Shown: positions 44,285-56,514 of the stretch, one piece after another
Layout of the letters: every line of letters begins with the position of its first letter
Numbering within the stretch: position 1 is the stretch's first letter
Notes under the pieces: generated by a model
Databases searched by the model: none
What the model saw: only the letters and a program-made list of their open reading frames with translations
Told to the model about the DNA's origin: nothing
DNA from: Vibrionaceae bacterium
GTDB taxonomy: Bacteria; Pseudomonadota; Gammaproteobacteria; Enterobacterales; Vibrionaceae
Assembly (NCBI GenBank): GCA_051650965.1
Contig: JBOFRL010000097.1
Span: 405 to 64,404, forward strand
Direction: 5' to 3'
DNA length: 64,000 bases
Position numbers and translations under genes: made by a program

Positions 44285-44340
44285 GCGTGGTGTTTGATCT
44301 AATTTAATCAGCAAAAGAACAGATAGTTGATCAGGTGACG

Positions 44341-47300
44341 ATGAAGCATTCTTTACGACAAAACCCAAAACGGATTTCCTTAGTAAGTAAGCTCAATGGC
44401 AAGCAACGCTTGCAAGAGAGCGCTTTTATTATAGTGATGCTGCTGGCCATTTTTTTGACTGTGGCGCTTTTTAGCCACGATCCAAATGATCCTTCGTGGT
44501 CCCAAACCGCTTGGGATGGGCCGATGAAAAATGCAGCGGGCGGCGCAGGTGCGTGGGTCGCAGATAGCTTCTTTTTTACCTTTGGTTTGCAAGCCTACCC
44601 CTTGCCATTTTTGCTCGCTTTAGGCGGCTGGTTTGTTTTTCGCCGCGATAAGGAGCAAGAGCTTAATTATCATCTGCTTGGCGCAAAAATTTTAGGTGGC
44701 GTGGTGCTGCTGTTGACCAGCTGCGCGCTGGCGACGCTAAATTTTGACGATTTTGGCTATTTTGCCTCGGGCGGCGTGATTGGCGATGTGGTGGTCACAG
44801 TGGGGCTGCCGATGCTAAATCAGCTCGGCACCACGTTGGTGCTGCTCTTTTTCTGGGCGGCGGGCTTTACCTTGTTAACAGGGATCTCATGGCTGACCAT
44901 TGCGGATGTGATCGGCGAGCTTGTGCTCAATTCGCTGGCTAAAGTGGTCAATTCGGTGCGCGGCGAGCGCTCGGTGATCATCTCGGCGACTGGCTACGAG
45001 CTTAACGGCAACACGCGCACGCACATTGACCCGCTGTTTGTCAGCTCAAGTGACGAGCTTGCGATTGCGCCGCCGCCGTACAAAATCGAAAAGCCGGAGT
45101 CGGCATTTCGCCGTATCTACAAAAGCTTGTTCCAGCGCGATCCTGATTTTTCGCGTTCGCTGCGCACTGAGCCAATTTTGTTTGCAGAATTAGACATTGC
45201 CGAAGGTCAGGCGGAAAATCACCATGCTGCCAGCCGCTTTGGTACGCCAGCCGCGCATGACGCGAGCGAAAGTGACATTTTGGCCGCTGCACAGCCAGAA
45301 ACGCCATTGCCGCCGCAAGTCGTGCGTCAGCAAGAGACGCCCGCAAGCATTTTAAGCAGCGCTGACGAGGCGGATTTTGCTATCGACCCGCAAGACAGTA
45401 TCTTATACAGCGACGTGGGCGACACCGCGCGCAAGGGCGAGAAAAGTTTTTATGCCGCCGGCAACGCCGCGCAAGAAGCGCTCCGCAATCAAATGGAGGA
45501 GCAAGTGCACACCGTTGCCGCGCCTTTCTCCAGCGAGCCTGCGGTTAGCGCACCAGCCATTAGCGCGCCGACCACTTTAGCGCCAGACGCCGATCCTTTG
45601 CTGGATAAAACGGTTTTTGATCTGGATGAGCCGGCCCTTGGCAGCGCGCTGAGCGCCGCTTGTGACGCAGAAACCGCCAGCAAACAGGCGCCCGCCTTTA
45701 CGCTTTCGCATGAAATGGAGCAGTCGGTTGCCGCAGAAACTGAAATTTCAGTCGGCCAGCTGACAAAAGTGGACGCCGCGTTAGAGCATGAGCAGCCGTT
45801 TACAACCGTTGAGCCGCCCATTTTGGAAGAAATTTATGCCGCCGCGGCCAAAAGAGAGCCTGCGCTGCATCCTTTTTTGGTCAAAAATGAGCCCAACTTG
45901 CCAAAGCCGAGCGAGCCTTTCCCCACGCTTGATCTGCTTGAGCCTGCCAAAAGCAATGTGGAGCCGGTCGGTGACGATGTGCTGCAGCAAAAAGCGCGCA
46001 CCATTGAGGAGCGTTTGGCGGAATACAAAATCAAAGTGACTGTCAAAGGCATTTATCCAGGTCCTGTGATCACCCGTTTTGAGCTTGAGCTTGCGCCTGG
46101 CGTAAAGGTGAGCCGGATCATGGGGTTATCTAAAGATATCGCGCGCTCGCTGGCAACAAGCTCGGTGCGCGTTGTCGACGCAATCCCTGGCAAGCCTTAC
46201 ATCGGCCTTGAGCTGCCTAATGCCAAGCGCGAAACGGTTTTTATGTCGCAAGTGGTTGGTAGCCAACGTTTTCAGTCTGCAAAATCACCGCTGTCGGTGG
46301 TGCTCGGCAAAGACATTTCTGGCGAAGCGATTGTGACCGATCTTGCCAAAGCGCCGCACATGCTGGTGGCTGGCACGACCGGCTCGGGCAAGTCTGTTGG
46401 CGTAAACTCTATGATTGTCAGCATGTTATATAAAGCGACTCCTGAAGAAGTGCGCTTTATTATGATCGACCCGAAAATGCTCGAGCTTTCGGTTTACGAA
46501 GGCATTCCGCACCTGCTTAGCGAGGTGGTCACTGACATGAAAGATGCCAGCAACGCGCTGCGCTGGTGTGTGGCGGAGATGGAGCGCCGTTACAAGCTAA
46601 TGTCGATGCTTGGCGTGCGCAATATCGTTGGTTTTAATGACAAAATTAACGAAGCCGCCGCTGCCAATATGCCGATCCCTGATCCGATGTGGAATTCGAG
46701 CAGCAGCATGGATGAGCAGATCCCGATGCTGGAAAAATTGCCGTATATCGTTGTGATCATTGATGAATTTGCTGATCTGATGATGGTGGTGGGTAAAAAA
46801 GTGGAAGAGCTGATCGCGCGTTTAGCGCAAAAAGCGCGCGCGGCCGGCATTCACTTGGTTTTGGCAACGCAGCGCCCGTCGGTGGATGTGATCACGGGGC
46901 TTATCAAGGCCAACATTCCGACCCGCGTGGCGTTTACGGTTTCGACCAAAATCGACTCGCGCACCATTTTGGATCAGGGCGGCGCCGAATCGTTGCTGGG
47001 CATGGGCGATATGCTGTTTATTCCTAATGGCTCTAATCAGCCGGTGCGCGTGCATGGCGCGTTTGTTAGCGATGACGAAGTGCACCGCGTGGTAAGCAAC
47101 TGGAAAGCGCGCGGCAAGCCTAATTACATTAAGGAAATTGTCAGCAGCGATCAGGGGCGCGACGGATTGTTGCCTGGGGAAATGCCGCTTGGTGGTGACG
47201 GCGATGAGCTCGATGTTTTGTTTGATCAAGCCGTTGAATTTGTTACCTCAACGCGTAAAGCATCTGTTTCTGCAGTGCAGCGCCGTTTCAAAATCGGGTA

Positions 47301-47409
47301 CAATCGCGCCTCGCGCATTGTTGAGCAACTTGAGGTGAACGGCATTGTCAGCGCGCCAGGCCACAACGCCAATCGCGAGGTGCTCGCGCCACCTCCCATA
47401 GAGGCTTAA
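44341..47409 (+). CDS. ftsK: DNA translocase FtsK
   Basis: N-terminal TM domain (DPSWSQT), Pro/Ala-rich linker, GPVITRFE, Walker [22 protein letters not shown] and gamma domain IGYNRASRI. Confidence 0.98.
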   Translation: MKHSLRQNPKRISLVSKLNGKQRLQESAFIIVMLLAIFLTVALFSHDPNDPSWSQTAWDGPMKNAAGGAGAWVADSFFFTFGLQAYPLPFLLALGGWFVFRRDKEQELNYHLLGAKILGGVVLLLTSCALATLNFDDFGYFASGGVIGDVVVTVGLPMLNQLGTTLVLLFFWAAGFTLLTGISWLTIADVIGELVLNSLAKVVNSVRGERSVIISATGYELNGNTRTHIDPLFVSSSDELAIAPPPYKIEKPESAFRRIYKSLFQRDPDFSRSLRTEPILFAELDIAEGQAENHHAASRFGTPAAHDASESDILAAAQPETPLPPQVVRQQETPASILSSADEADFAIDPQDSILYSDVGDTARKGEKSFYAAGNAAQEALRNQMEEQVHTVAAPFSSEPAVSAPAISAPTTLAPDADPLLDKTVFDLDEPALGSALSAACDAETASKQAPAFTLSHEMEQSVAAETEISVGQLTKVDAALEHEQPFTTVEPPILEEIYAAAAKREPALHPFLVKNEPNLPKPSEPFPTLDLLEPAKSNVEPVGDDVLQQKARTIEERLAEYKIKVTVKGIYPGPVITRFELELAPGVKVSRIMGLSKDIARSLATSSVRVVDAIPGKPYIGLELPNAKRETVFMSQVVGSQRFQSAKSPLSVVLGKDISGEAIVTDLAKAPHMLVAGTTGSGKSVGVNSMIVSMLYKATPEEVRFIMIDPKMLELSVYEGIPHLLSEVVTDMKDASNALRWCVAEMERRYKLMSMLGVRNIVGFNDKINEAAAANMPIPDPMWNSSSSMDEQIPMLEKLPYIVVIIDEFADLMMVVGKKVEELIARLAQKARAAGIHLVLATQRPSVDVITGLIKANIPTRVAFTVSTKIDSRTILDQGGAESLLGMGDMLFIPNGSNQPVRVHGAFVSDDEVHRVVSNWKARGKPNYIKEIVSSDQGRDGLLPGEMPLGGDGDELDVLFDQAVEFVTSTRKASVSAVQRRFKIGYNRASRIVEQLEVNGIVSAPGHNANREVLAPPPIEA

Positions 47410-47518
47410 TTTTTATAAAAAAACCAGTTTATGCTGCAGCAGCTTGGCAAGCTTAAGGAGTAAAAAAATGCGACTTAAGGTACACTGAGCTGCACAGCTT
47501 GATGAAGGATAAAATAAG

Positions 47519-48127
47519 ATGAAACAGTGGGTGGTAGGTTTTGCTGCAATGATCAGCGTGGGTTATGCGTACGCCGCGCCCATCGCGCAGGAGCAGTTGA
47601 GTGCTCGTCTGGATAAAATTCGCTCTTTTAGCGCCTCTTTTGAGCAGGTTGTTACCGATCCTGAGCGCAGGGAGCTTAGCCGCGGCAAAGGCACCGTCGC
47701 GGTTAGCCGTCCTAACTTATTTCGCTGGCAAGTGGCGCGACCTGATGAAAACACGTTGGTGTCCGATGGCAAAACGCTTTGGCATTACGATCCGCTGCTA
47801 GAGCAGGTGAGCGCGATGTGGCTGAAAGACGCGACCGAGCAGACGCCGTTTGTGCTGTTAACGCGCAACGATCCTAAAGATTGGGTTAACTATCGCGTGT
47901 CGATGCAAGGCAACGCTTTTACGCTAAGGCCGATAAAATCGTCAAATACGCGTGAGTTTGTGGTTAACGTGCTGCCAAATGGGCAGATCACAAGCTTTTT
48001 TGTCGTCGAGCAGGATGGGCAAACTAGCCATTTCAACTTTAATAATTGGCAAGCAAAAGCGCTGGATCCGCGTCTGTTTCGCTTTGCCATTCCTAAAGGC
48101 GCAGAGTTTGACGATCAGCGTCAATAA
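47519..48127 (+). CDS. lolA: Outer membrane lipoprotein carrier LolA
   Basis: Signal peptide, RPNLFRW, SDGKTLWHYDP.LEQV, TPF.LL and DDQR C-terminus. Confidence 0.96.
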   Translation: MKQWVVGFAAMISVGYAYAAPIAQEQLSARLDKIRSFSASFEQVVTDPERRELSRGKGTVAVSRPNLFRWQVARPDENTLVSDGKTLWHYDPLLEQVSAMWLKDATEQTPFVLLTRNDPKDWVNYRVSMQGNAFTLRPIKSSNTREFVVNVLPNGQITSFFVVEQDGQTSHFNFNNWQAKALDPRLFRFAIPKGAEFDDQRQ

Positions 48128-48158
48128 CGACTGTCACTCATCGATTTGAGGAGCTGCT

Positions 48159-49493
48159 GTGGATCTCTTTGCCTCTGATCCTGCCTACGATTTTCGTCCC
48201 CTTGCGGCGCGCATGCGCCCAACGTCGCTGGCGGAGTTTGTTGGGCAGTCGCATCTTTTAGCCCAAGGGCGCCCGCTTTACTGCGCGCTCGAAAGTGGCC
48301 ATTTGCACTCCATGATCTTGTGGGGCGCGCCGGGCACGGGCAAAACCAGCCTTGCCGAGCTTGTGGCGCAGCAGGGAAAAGCGCACCTTGAACGTTTGTC
48401 AGCGGTTAATTCTGGCGCAAAAGAGATCCGCGATATTTTGCAACTGGCCTTGGCGCGCAAAGCGCAGGGCAAACGGACGGTGCTTTTCGTTGATGAAGTG
48501 CACCGTTTTAACAAGTCACAGCAAGATCTCTTTTTGCCTTACATCGAAGATGGCACGATCACCTTTATCGGTGCGACCACCGAAAATCCCTCTTTTGAGC
48601 TTAATCACGCACTTTTATCGCGCGCGCGCGTTTATAAATTGCAGCTGCTTGAAAGTGAAGAGATTGTAACGCTGCTTGAGCGGGCGCTGCGCGATCCGCT
48701 GCGGGGCGTTGGCGCTCAAGCCATTGATTTTCCGCAGCCACTTTGCCAAGCCTTGGCGCAATTTGTCGCGGGCGACGCGCGTCTGGCCTTAAATTATTTA
48801 GAATTGCTCTGCGATCAGGTTGTGCCTGCCGCCGATGGCACCAAACGCGTTAGCGCTGAAGATCTCGCGCAGGTGTTAGGCGAGAAAGTGGCGCGCTTCG
48901 ACCATAAAGGCGACCAATGGTACGATTTGATTTCGGCCTTTCACAAATCTGTGCGTGGCAGCGCGCCTGACGCGGCGCTGTACTGGTACGCGCGCATTGT
49001 GAGCGCTGGCGGCGACCCGCTTTATGTGGCGAGACGGCTGGTCGCGATTGCCTCTGAAGATATCGGTCTTGCCGATCCAAAAGCGATGCAAGTGGCGCTC
49101 TCAGCATGGGACGCTTTTTTGCGTGTTGGCGCAGCCGAGGGCGAGCGCGCCATCGCGCAAGCGGTGATCTATTTAGCCTGCGCGCCTAAAAGTAACGCGA
49201 CGTTGCTTGCGTGGGAAAAAGCGCTGCATGACGCGCGCACCTTTGCAGGAGAAGAGGTGCCGCTGCATCTGCGTAACGCACCGACGGCGCTGATGAAAGA
49301 GCTGGGATTTGGCAAGTCTTATCGCTACGCCCATGATGAGCCGCACGCTTATGCGGCGGGCGAGAACTATTTTCCGCCTGCGCTTACTGGGCAGCGCTAC
49401 TATGAGCCCACATCCAGAGGACTTGAGAGCAAACTTGCCGAAAAATTGGCGTTTCTTTCGCGTCTTGATCAAGCTAGTGCGCAAAAACGCTAG
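48159..49493 (+). CDS. rarA: Replication-associated recombination protein A (MgsA)
   Basis: [40 protein letters not shown] and HKSVRGS.PD; GTG start with a GAGGAG RBS. Confidence 0.97.
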   Translation: MDLFASDPAYDFRPLAARMRPTSLAEFVGQSHLLAQGRPLYCALESGHLHSMILWGAPGTGKTSLAELVAQQGKAHLERLSAVNSGAKEIRDILQLALARKAQGKRTVLFVDEVHRFNKSQQDLFLPYIEDGTITFIGATTENPSFELNHALLSRARVYKLQLLESEEIVTLLERALRDPLRGVGAQAIDFPQPLCQALAQFVAGDARLALNYLELLCDQVVPAADGTKRVSAEDLAQVLGEKVARFDHKGDQWYDLISAFHKSVRGSAPDAALYWYARIVSAGGDPLYVARRLVAIASEDIGLADPKAMQVALSAWDAFLRVGAAEGERAIAQAVIYLACAPKSNATLLAWEKALHDARTFAGEEVPLHLRNAPTALMKELGFGKSYRYAHDEPHAYAAGENYFPPALTGQRYYEPTSRGLESKLAEKLAFLSRLDQASAQKR

Positions 49494-49518
49494 TCAAAAG
49501 ACGCACAAATAAGTATAA

Positions 49519-50904
<1,386 letters not shown>

Positions 50905-50909
50905 AGGTA

Positions 50910-50939
50910 AAAAAAGCAGCTTAATTAAGCTGCTTTTTT
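50910..50939. terminator. serS terminator (perfect 30-bp palindrome)
   Basis: AAAAAAGCAGCTTAATTAAGCTGCTTTTTT is its own reverse complement. Confidence 0.85.
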
Positions 50940-50969
50940 ATTGCGTGTGATCAGTAAAAAAGAAGCATG

Positions 50970-50997
50970 AAAAAAGCCTCAACTTAAGTTGAGGCTT
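50970..50997 (-). terminator. tRNA-Pro terminator (perfect 24-bp palindrome)
   Basis: AAGCCTCAACTTAAGTTGAGGCTT, with an A-tract on the left that reads as a U-tract on the minus strand. Confidence 0.7.
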
Positions 50998-51002
50998 GAA
51001 TT

Positions 51003-51079
<77 letters not shown>

Positions 51080-51126
51080 AAAATTGGGTTGCATGGGCAT
51101 AAAAGCAATATGCGCTGCGTGTTTTT

Positions 51127-51154
51127 ATAATACTATGCTTTTGTTATTTCACAA
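51127..51154 (-). promoter_or_regulatory. Putative promoter of tRNA-Pro
   Basis: Minus strand TTGTGA-16 bp-TATTAT, about 47 bp upstream of the tRNA 5' end. Confidence 0.4.
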
Positions 51155-51219
51155 GAATTTTTTTTACAAAAGCACAAAAAACGCCAAACTTCGGCGCCTT
51201 TTGTATGAAAAACCGCCAA

Positions 51220-53604
51220 TCAGCGCGGTTTGCTGCTGCGCGCATTTCTACGCAGCATCTTCAAATTTTCCATCGCCTTGTGATAAACGCTCCCTGGCTT
51301 AAAATGGCCATTACTATCGGGATCTGTGGCGCGGCAGCCGGTTAACAGTTCGATTGCTTCGCTCACATGGTCGATGGCGTAAATATGAAATTTTTTCCGG
51401 CTCACGGCATGGATAATATCTTTGCGCAGCATGAGGTTTTGCATGTTGGCGCGCGGAATGATCACAGCTTGGCTCGCCTTGGTGCCGGTGATCGTACAGA
51501 CATCAAAAAAGCCCTCGATTTTTTCATTAACGCCGCCAATCGGTTGCACTTGGCCAAATTGATCCATAGAGCCGGTCAGCGCGAAATCTTGGCGCAGCGG
51601 CAAGCCGGTGATGGCTGAAATTACTGCGCAAAATTCGGCAATGGAGGCGCTATCGCCGTCCACCGCGCCGTATGACTGCTCGAAGGTCAATCGCGTGGTG
51701 AGCGGAATGTGCGCCTGTTTTCCCAGCATCGCAGAGAGATAAGCGGTTAAAATCATGACGCCTTTTGAGTGAATGTTGCCGCCAAGGCGCACGCTGCGCT
51801 CGATGTCGATAAGCTCGCCTTGGCCAAAAGAGGTGGTGGCCGTGATCCGGCTTGGCATGCCAAAGCTGTGCTCATGCGTGCTGATCACCGAGAGCGCGTT
51901 GACTTGTCCCACCGCTTTGCCGCGCGTTGTGACTAAGATGATATTGTTTTTCACATTATCGAGCAGATCGTCGCGGTAGCGGCTTAGGCGCATTTCACGG
52001 CATGCGAGCGCTTTTTCCACATGAGAGGCGCTGATCACGTTGGCGTGATTGAGCTTGGCCTGATAGTTCGACTCGCGCAGCAAATTGATGGTGTCTGCAG
52101 AATGCAGCGACAGGCGGTTTTGCGCTTCGGCTTTGCGCGCGCTGTATTCGATTATTCTGGCGATAGCGTTGGGCGCGCAGTGTAACAGATTGTTTTCATG
52201 GCAAATGCTGGAAATAAATTTGGCGAACTGAAATTCACTTTGCTCATCACGCGCCATCGTATCTTCAAAATCGGCTGTGACACGGAAAAGTTCACTAAAT
52301 TCAGGATCATGCTCTTGCAGCAAATTGTAAGTGTGGTGATCGCCAAACAAAATGATCTTCACATCAAGCGGCATCGCTTCGGGCTCAAGAGAAATCGAGC
52401 TTGAGAAGGTGACCTCTTTTTCCAGTGCGTGCAGGTTGGTTTTGCCGCTTTGCAGCGCGCGTTTAAGGCCGTCCCAAACGAACGGCCGCTCGAGCACTTT
52501 TATCGCGTCGATGAGCAGAACGCCACCATTGGCGCGGTGGATGCTGCCAGGGCGGATCAGCGAAAAGTCGGTAAAAATGGTTCCTTTGACCGTGGTGTTT
52601 TCGATGTAGCCAAAAATGTTGTGGTAGCTGGGGTTTTCTTCGATCACGATTGGCGGCTGATCTGGCGTATTGCTGGCTAACACATTGATTTGATAGCGGC
52701 GTGGCAGTTTTTTATCCAGCGACGCGTAGGCGAGAGCGACTTGCTCCTCTTGCTCTTGCAAAAAAATATCAATGTTTTCAATGATATCTTCTTGTAGCAG
52801 CTTTAAGTATTTTTTGATGGTGCTCTGTTTTTGGTATTTGTCCAGCAGCGGAGCCATATGATATTGCAGCACTTCTTTGGTGATCTGCTCGTCGAGCTTT
52901 TGCTGCCTTTCGCTATATTGCTCCTCCCAACTGGCCAGATCGCGCACTAATTGGCGCAAGTTAACCTCAAGCTCGCTGATCGCTGTGGCAAACTTGGCCT
53001 GCGCTTTGGGTGGTAGCGCGTTAAAGCTTTCTTCTGTATGCGGTTTTTCGCCGTTAAGCGCGGTAAATTGGTATTCACCTTCGGTGGTGATCGCGAGCTG
53101 CAAATTGTGCTTAGCCGCTTCTTCGTGCAACACCTTAAGCGCGGTTTGCTGCTGGGTGCTGAGGCGATTTGTCAGCGCTTCAGCGCGCGAATAGTACATG
53201 TCGTTGTCGAAGGCCAGCGGAAATGCTTTGCCAAGCTTTAACATCAAGCCTTCGATTTCTTTTTGAAATTGCGTACCAAAGCCGGCCGGCAATTTTAAGA
53301 GGCTGGGGAAACGTTGATCTTGAAAATTATTGACATAACACCAGTCAAACAGCGCGCTGTCACTTTGCCAATGCTGGTTGAGGTAGCGCATCACCATCGT
53401 GCGTTTGCCAAGACCGTTGCAGCCGACAGCGTAGACGTTATAGCCGCGATCTTTAATCGACATCGCAAATTCAATCGCTTGTCTTGCGCGCTGCTGGCCG
53501 ACAATCTCATCTAAGGGTTGTAAAAATTTGGTGGATGAGATCTCTAGCGTGGCTAACTTACTGGTTTTATACAGATTTTCATAAGACAGTTTGGTTATAG
53601 CCAT
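51220..53604 (-). CDS. Lon-family (S16) protease, LonC/AAA_32 type
   Basis: IVGQQRA, GSIHRANGG.LLIDA, FEQSYGAVDGDSAS (catalytic Ser) and QPIGGVNEKIEGFF (catalytic Lys). Degenerate Walker motifs. Confidence 0.9.
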   Translation of the reverse strand: MAITKLSYENLYKTSKLATLEISSTKFLQPLDEIVGQQRARQAIEFAMSIKDRGYNVYAVGCNGLGKRTMVMRYLNQHWQSDSALFDWCYVNNFQDQRFPSLLKLPAGFGTQFQKEIEGLMLKLGKAFPLAFDNDMYYSRAEALTNRLSTQQQTALKVLHEEAAKHNLQLAITTEGEYQFTALNGEKPHTEESFNALPPKAQAKFATAISELEVNLRQLVRDLASWEEQYSERQQKLDEQITKEVLQYHMAPLLDKYQKQSTIKKYLKLLQEDIIENIDIFLQEQEEQVALAYASLDKKLPRRYQINVLASNTPDQPPIVIEENPSYHNIFGYIENTTVKGTIFTDFSLIRPGSIHRANGGVLLIDAIKVLERPFVWDGLKRALQSGKTNLHALEKEVTFSSSISLEPEAMPLDVKIILFGDHHTYNLLQEHDPEFSELFRVTADFEDTMARDEQSEFQFAKFISSICHENNLLHCAPNAIARIIEYSARKAEAQNRLSLHSADTINLLRESNYQAKLNHANVISASHVEKALACREMRLSRYRDDLLDNVKNNIILVTTRGKAVGQVNALSVISTHEHSFGMPSRITATTSFGQGELIDIERSVRLGGNIHSKGVMILTAYLSAMLGKQAHIPLTTRLTFEQSYGAVDGDSASIAEFCAVISAITGLPLRQDFALTGSMDQFGQVQPIGGVNEKIEGFFDVCTITGTKASQAVIIPRANMQNLMLRKDIIHAVSRKKFHIYAIDHVSEAIELLTGCRATDPDSNGHFKPGSVYHKAMENLKMLRRNARSSKPR

Positions 53605-53744
53605 AGCGGATCCTCGGTGTTATAACATTTTAATGTCAGTGTATCGCACCTTTAAGGATCCGCTTTTTTGTCTTTCACGCAATGCGGTTTATCACAAACT
53701 CTATGAATATTTTGAAAAAAATTTCGCGTACTGATCTTGCAAGT

Positions 53745-54749
53745 TTAAAAACGAAGATTTACCCCAAGTGAAGTCATGTACTGTTTTTCATCATAAAATT
53801 CAAGATTTGAATGCGTCACAAAGAGGCCGTTAAGTGAAATCAAAGACAAAGACGGGTGGCCAAAAAGCTCAGCAAATTCATAGGTTAAAAAGAGGCTGCT
53901 GCGCTGATCTTCGCGAGTTTTGCTAAAGATGGGGTGGGAGCCTTTGTAGTTTTGTTCGCTGTAAGCGCCGGTGATAAAGAATCGGTGGCGCCCTGCAAAA
54001 TTGAAGTAAGTGAGTTTTGCGCCAACTTCATCAAATGCGAGCGCGTCACCTTTGGCATTGCTATTTGTGTAAAAAAGTGAAGGGGTTACGCCTAAGCCTT
54101 TGCCTAAAAATTGTTGAAAACTGACTCGCGCGTAAAAAGCGTCATAAGAGCGCGCTAATTGCCACTTTTGTGTTTCGTTTAAAGCTAGAAAAGCGCCGCT
54201 TTGCTCGTGCTCGATATCACTCGAAGCGTAGGCAACGTCAAAGGAAAGCGGTGTGTTGGCGATATTTTTTAATTGGATGCGGTACGCTTCTCCGTCTTGC
54301 TTGGTTTTCGTGCGCGGCGCGCCGGTGACGAAAGGATCAGACCAGACATTGGCTTTAAGTAAGGTCGGGAGGTATGAGAAGGAAATTTGCGTTTTCGAAT
54401 CAAGCGTTAAGCGATAGCCTACTTCAAAGGCCAGCGATCCGACCGCGATATCTTCGCGCGTTGTTCCTAAAAAGATCTGATGCGCTCTTTGGTCGCCAAA
54501 ATTAAATGCAAGTTTGCCAAGTCCACCTAAAATCGTTTGATGTTCTTGTTTTCCTTCACTATTAAGCGTGCTGAGCTGAGTCGTGTCATCAATCGAGCTT
54601 AAATTAGAGTTAGTGGTTATGTGCAGCGCTAATACCGCGATTTCACCTGTAATTGCTGATTTAGGCTCGGCGTTAGCTGATGACGCTTTTGCTGCTAAAG
54701 TAAAAATAAAAGGTAAACAAAGCAATGCGTTAAAAGAAAATTTCATCAA
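53745..54749 (-). CDS. Outer membrane beta-barrel protein, DUF2860-like
   Basis: Signal peptide, EVGYR…SYLPTL…VWSDPF.TG.PR motifs recalled for DUF2860, and C-terminal GVNLRF beta-signal. Confidence 0.65.
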   Translation of the reverse strand: MMKFSFNALLCLPFIFTLAAKASSANAEPKSAITGEIAVLALHITTNSNLSSIDDTTQLSTLNSEGKQEHQTILGGLGKLAFNFGDQRAHQIFLGTTREDIAVGSLAFEVGYRLTLDSKTQISFSYLPTLLKANVWSDPFVTGAPRTKTKQDGEAYRIQLKNIANTPLSFDVAYASSDIEHEQSGAFLALNETQKWQLARSYDAFYARVSFQQFLGKGLGVTPSLFYTNSNAKGDALAFDEVGAKLTYFNFAGRHRFFITGAYSEQNYKGSHPIFSKTREDQRSSLFLTYEFAELFGHPSLSLISLNGLFVTHSNLEFYDEKQYMTSLGVNLRF

Positions 54750-54882
54750 ACTAGCCTCTTACTCTGGCCACGTAAATTTTATAGGCACTATTTAAGTGAA
54801 CGGTTTAATAATATTTAAGGTAGGAAAGAGAAGTTAATAAGGCAATCAAGATCTTACAAATAATACGTGATAAGGAAAGGTT

Positions 54883-55155
54883 ATGGATAGGATTTGCGCT
54901 AAAGCGGTTGTTTCAGGAAAAGTTCAGGGGGTTGGCTTTCGTTTTCAAACTGCGCATCGCGCTTTGCAGCTTGGCTTAACTGGCTACGCGAAAAATGAAG
55001 ATAATGGCGAGGTAACAGTGCTGATCTGCGGTGAAAAGGCGCAAGTTAACGCGATGCTGGAATGGCTGACAAAGGGGCCAGCAAGTGCAACGGTGACTTC
55101 TTTGCGCCATGAGCTGCTAGAGTGGTATTTTGTGAAAGGTTTTGCGATCAAATAA
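54883..55155 (+). CDS. acyP: Acylphosphatase (YccX)
   Basis: VSGKVQGVGFR, GYAKN..NGEV and GPASA.V; 90 aa. Confidence 0.95.
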   Translation: MDRICAKAVVSGKVQGVGFRFQTAHRALQLGLTGYAKNEDNGEVTVLICGEKAQVNAMLEWLTKGPASATVTSLRHELLEWYFVKGFAIK

Positions 55156-55172
55156 AGCCAATTACTTTTTTT

Positions 55173-55508
55173 CTATAAACACCTAACAGGCTTTGGCAAA
55201 CCGGCTAATTTGGCAGCTTGCTTGGCTGGTCCTTCTGGAAAAAGGGAAAAGAGAAAACTGCTGTTGCCTTTTTCTAGCCCCTTTTTCTCGCCATACAGCT
55301 TTACCAGCATCCGTAGCGGTGGCGAGGTGTTAAATTCTAAGTAAAACTCACGTATTAATAACAAAACGTCCCAATGATCTTGAGTTAGCTCAATTTTTTC
55401 TTGCTCAGCTAAAAAAAATGTCAGCGCTTCGCTCCAGTCTTGAGGATTTTTCAGGTAGCCGTCAGGATCAAGTGCGACCGATTTTCCGGCAATTTCTAGC
55501 GTCGTCAT
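55173..55508 (-). CDS. tusE: Sulfurtransferase TusE (DsrC family)
   Basis: DPDGYL....WSE, HW.V...REFY.EFNTSP, LF.LFPEGPAKQAAKLAGLPKPVRCL with C-terminal Cys. Confidence 0.95.
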   Translation of the reverse strand: MTTLEIAGKSVALDPDGYLKNPQDWSEALTFFLAEQEKIELTQDHWDVLLLIREFYLEFNTSPPLRMLVKLYGEKKGLEKGNSSFLFSLFPEGPAKQAAKLAGLPKPVRCL

Positions 55509-55570
55509 AGGAAAAACTCATTTAGCAAAAACAGCGCGAAGTAATAAAGATTTTTATTTTTCCTGTCAAT

Positions 55571-55597
55571 AAAAAAGCGCCGCGAGGGCGCTTTTTT
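55571..55597 (-). terminator. Terminator after yccA
   Basis: AAAAAAGCGCC-GCGAG-GGCGCTTTTTT. Confidence 0.7.
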
Positions 55598-55610
55598 TAA
55601 AAGTGCAGCG

Positions 55611-56276
55611 TTAGTCGTTTCCGCCTAAAAAGCCCAGCAGTTGGAGCAGGCTTAAAAACAGGTTGTAGATAGAAACATAAAGTGAAATTGTCGCAGAAAT
55701 GTAGTTAGTTTCACCGCCACGAATGATTGATTGTGTGGTGAGCAAAATGGCCGCGGTTGAGAACAAGACAAAAAGGCCGCTGAGTGCTAAAGAGAGCATC
55801 GGCATGTTTAAAAAGATATTCGCTACCGTTCCCACCAAAATAACGATAAATCCAGCCAGTAGCATGCCATTTAAGAACGAGAGATCACGCTTAGTGGTTA
55901 GCGCGTAGGCAGAGCACGCTAAAAAGGTCAGCGCGGTGCCGCCAAGTGCTGGCACGATTGCCCAGCCTAAGCCGGCGCTGATGTACATATTCAGGATGGG
56001 GCCTAAGGTGTAGCCAAGAAATCCCGTGAATAAAAAGGTGAATACCAGTCCAAGCGAGCTGTTACGATTTTTTTCGGTTAAAAAGAGCAGTCCATAAAAA
56101 CCGGCGAGCATAACGATAAGCCCTGGCCGTGGCAACTCCATAGCCATTGAAATTGCAGCAATTGCGGATGACCAAAGCAGAGTTAGCGAAAGTAAAAAAT
56201 AGGTATTTCTTAGAACCTTGTTGCTACTAAGTGCACTGTCGCGATGAGAACTTTGGGTAATAGTATGGATATCCAT
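55611..56276 (-). CDS. yccA: Bax inhibitor-1/YccA family FtsH modulator
   Basis: NKVLRNTYFLLSLTLLWS, 7 TM segments, GGETNYISATISLYVSIYNLF. Confidence 0.96.
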   Translation of the reverse strand: MDIHTITQSSHRDSALSSNKVLRNTYFLLSLTLLWSSAIAAISMAMELPRPGLIVMLAGFYGLLFLTEKNRNSSLGLVFTFLFTGFLGYTLGPILNMYISAGLGWAIVPALGGTALTFLACSAYALTTKRDLSFLNGMLLAGFIVILVGTVANIFLNMPMLSLALSGLFVLFSTAAILLTTQSIIRGGETNYISATISLYVSIYNLFLSLLQLLGFLGGND

Positions 56277-56472
56277 AGTGGTCTCTCAGTTATTAACTTG
56301 TTGAATTAATTAAGCAGCATATCTTGAGAATTTAGCCATGCTAAAAGCAACTGTATAAATTTCACATGCTGCTGATCAAGTAGTATGTATCAGCGCGTAG
56401 CAGAATAAAAGTTTTTTAAAAGTAAAAAGATATTTATTTTCTGTTAATTGAGAAAAATATTGTTATTGCGAC

Positions 56473-56514
56473 TTTTAAATTTCTATAAAAAATTAATGTT
56501 TTTTTAAATTTCTA
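56473..56514 (+). repeat. 13-bp direct repeat TTTTAAATTTCTA, two copies 29 bp apart
   Basis: Copies at 56473-56485 and 56502-56514. The second overlaps TGTTTTTTTAAAT (56497-56509), which fits the toxbox consensus yrTTTTwTwAdww. Confidence 0.55.
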
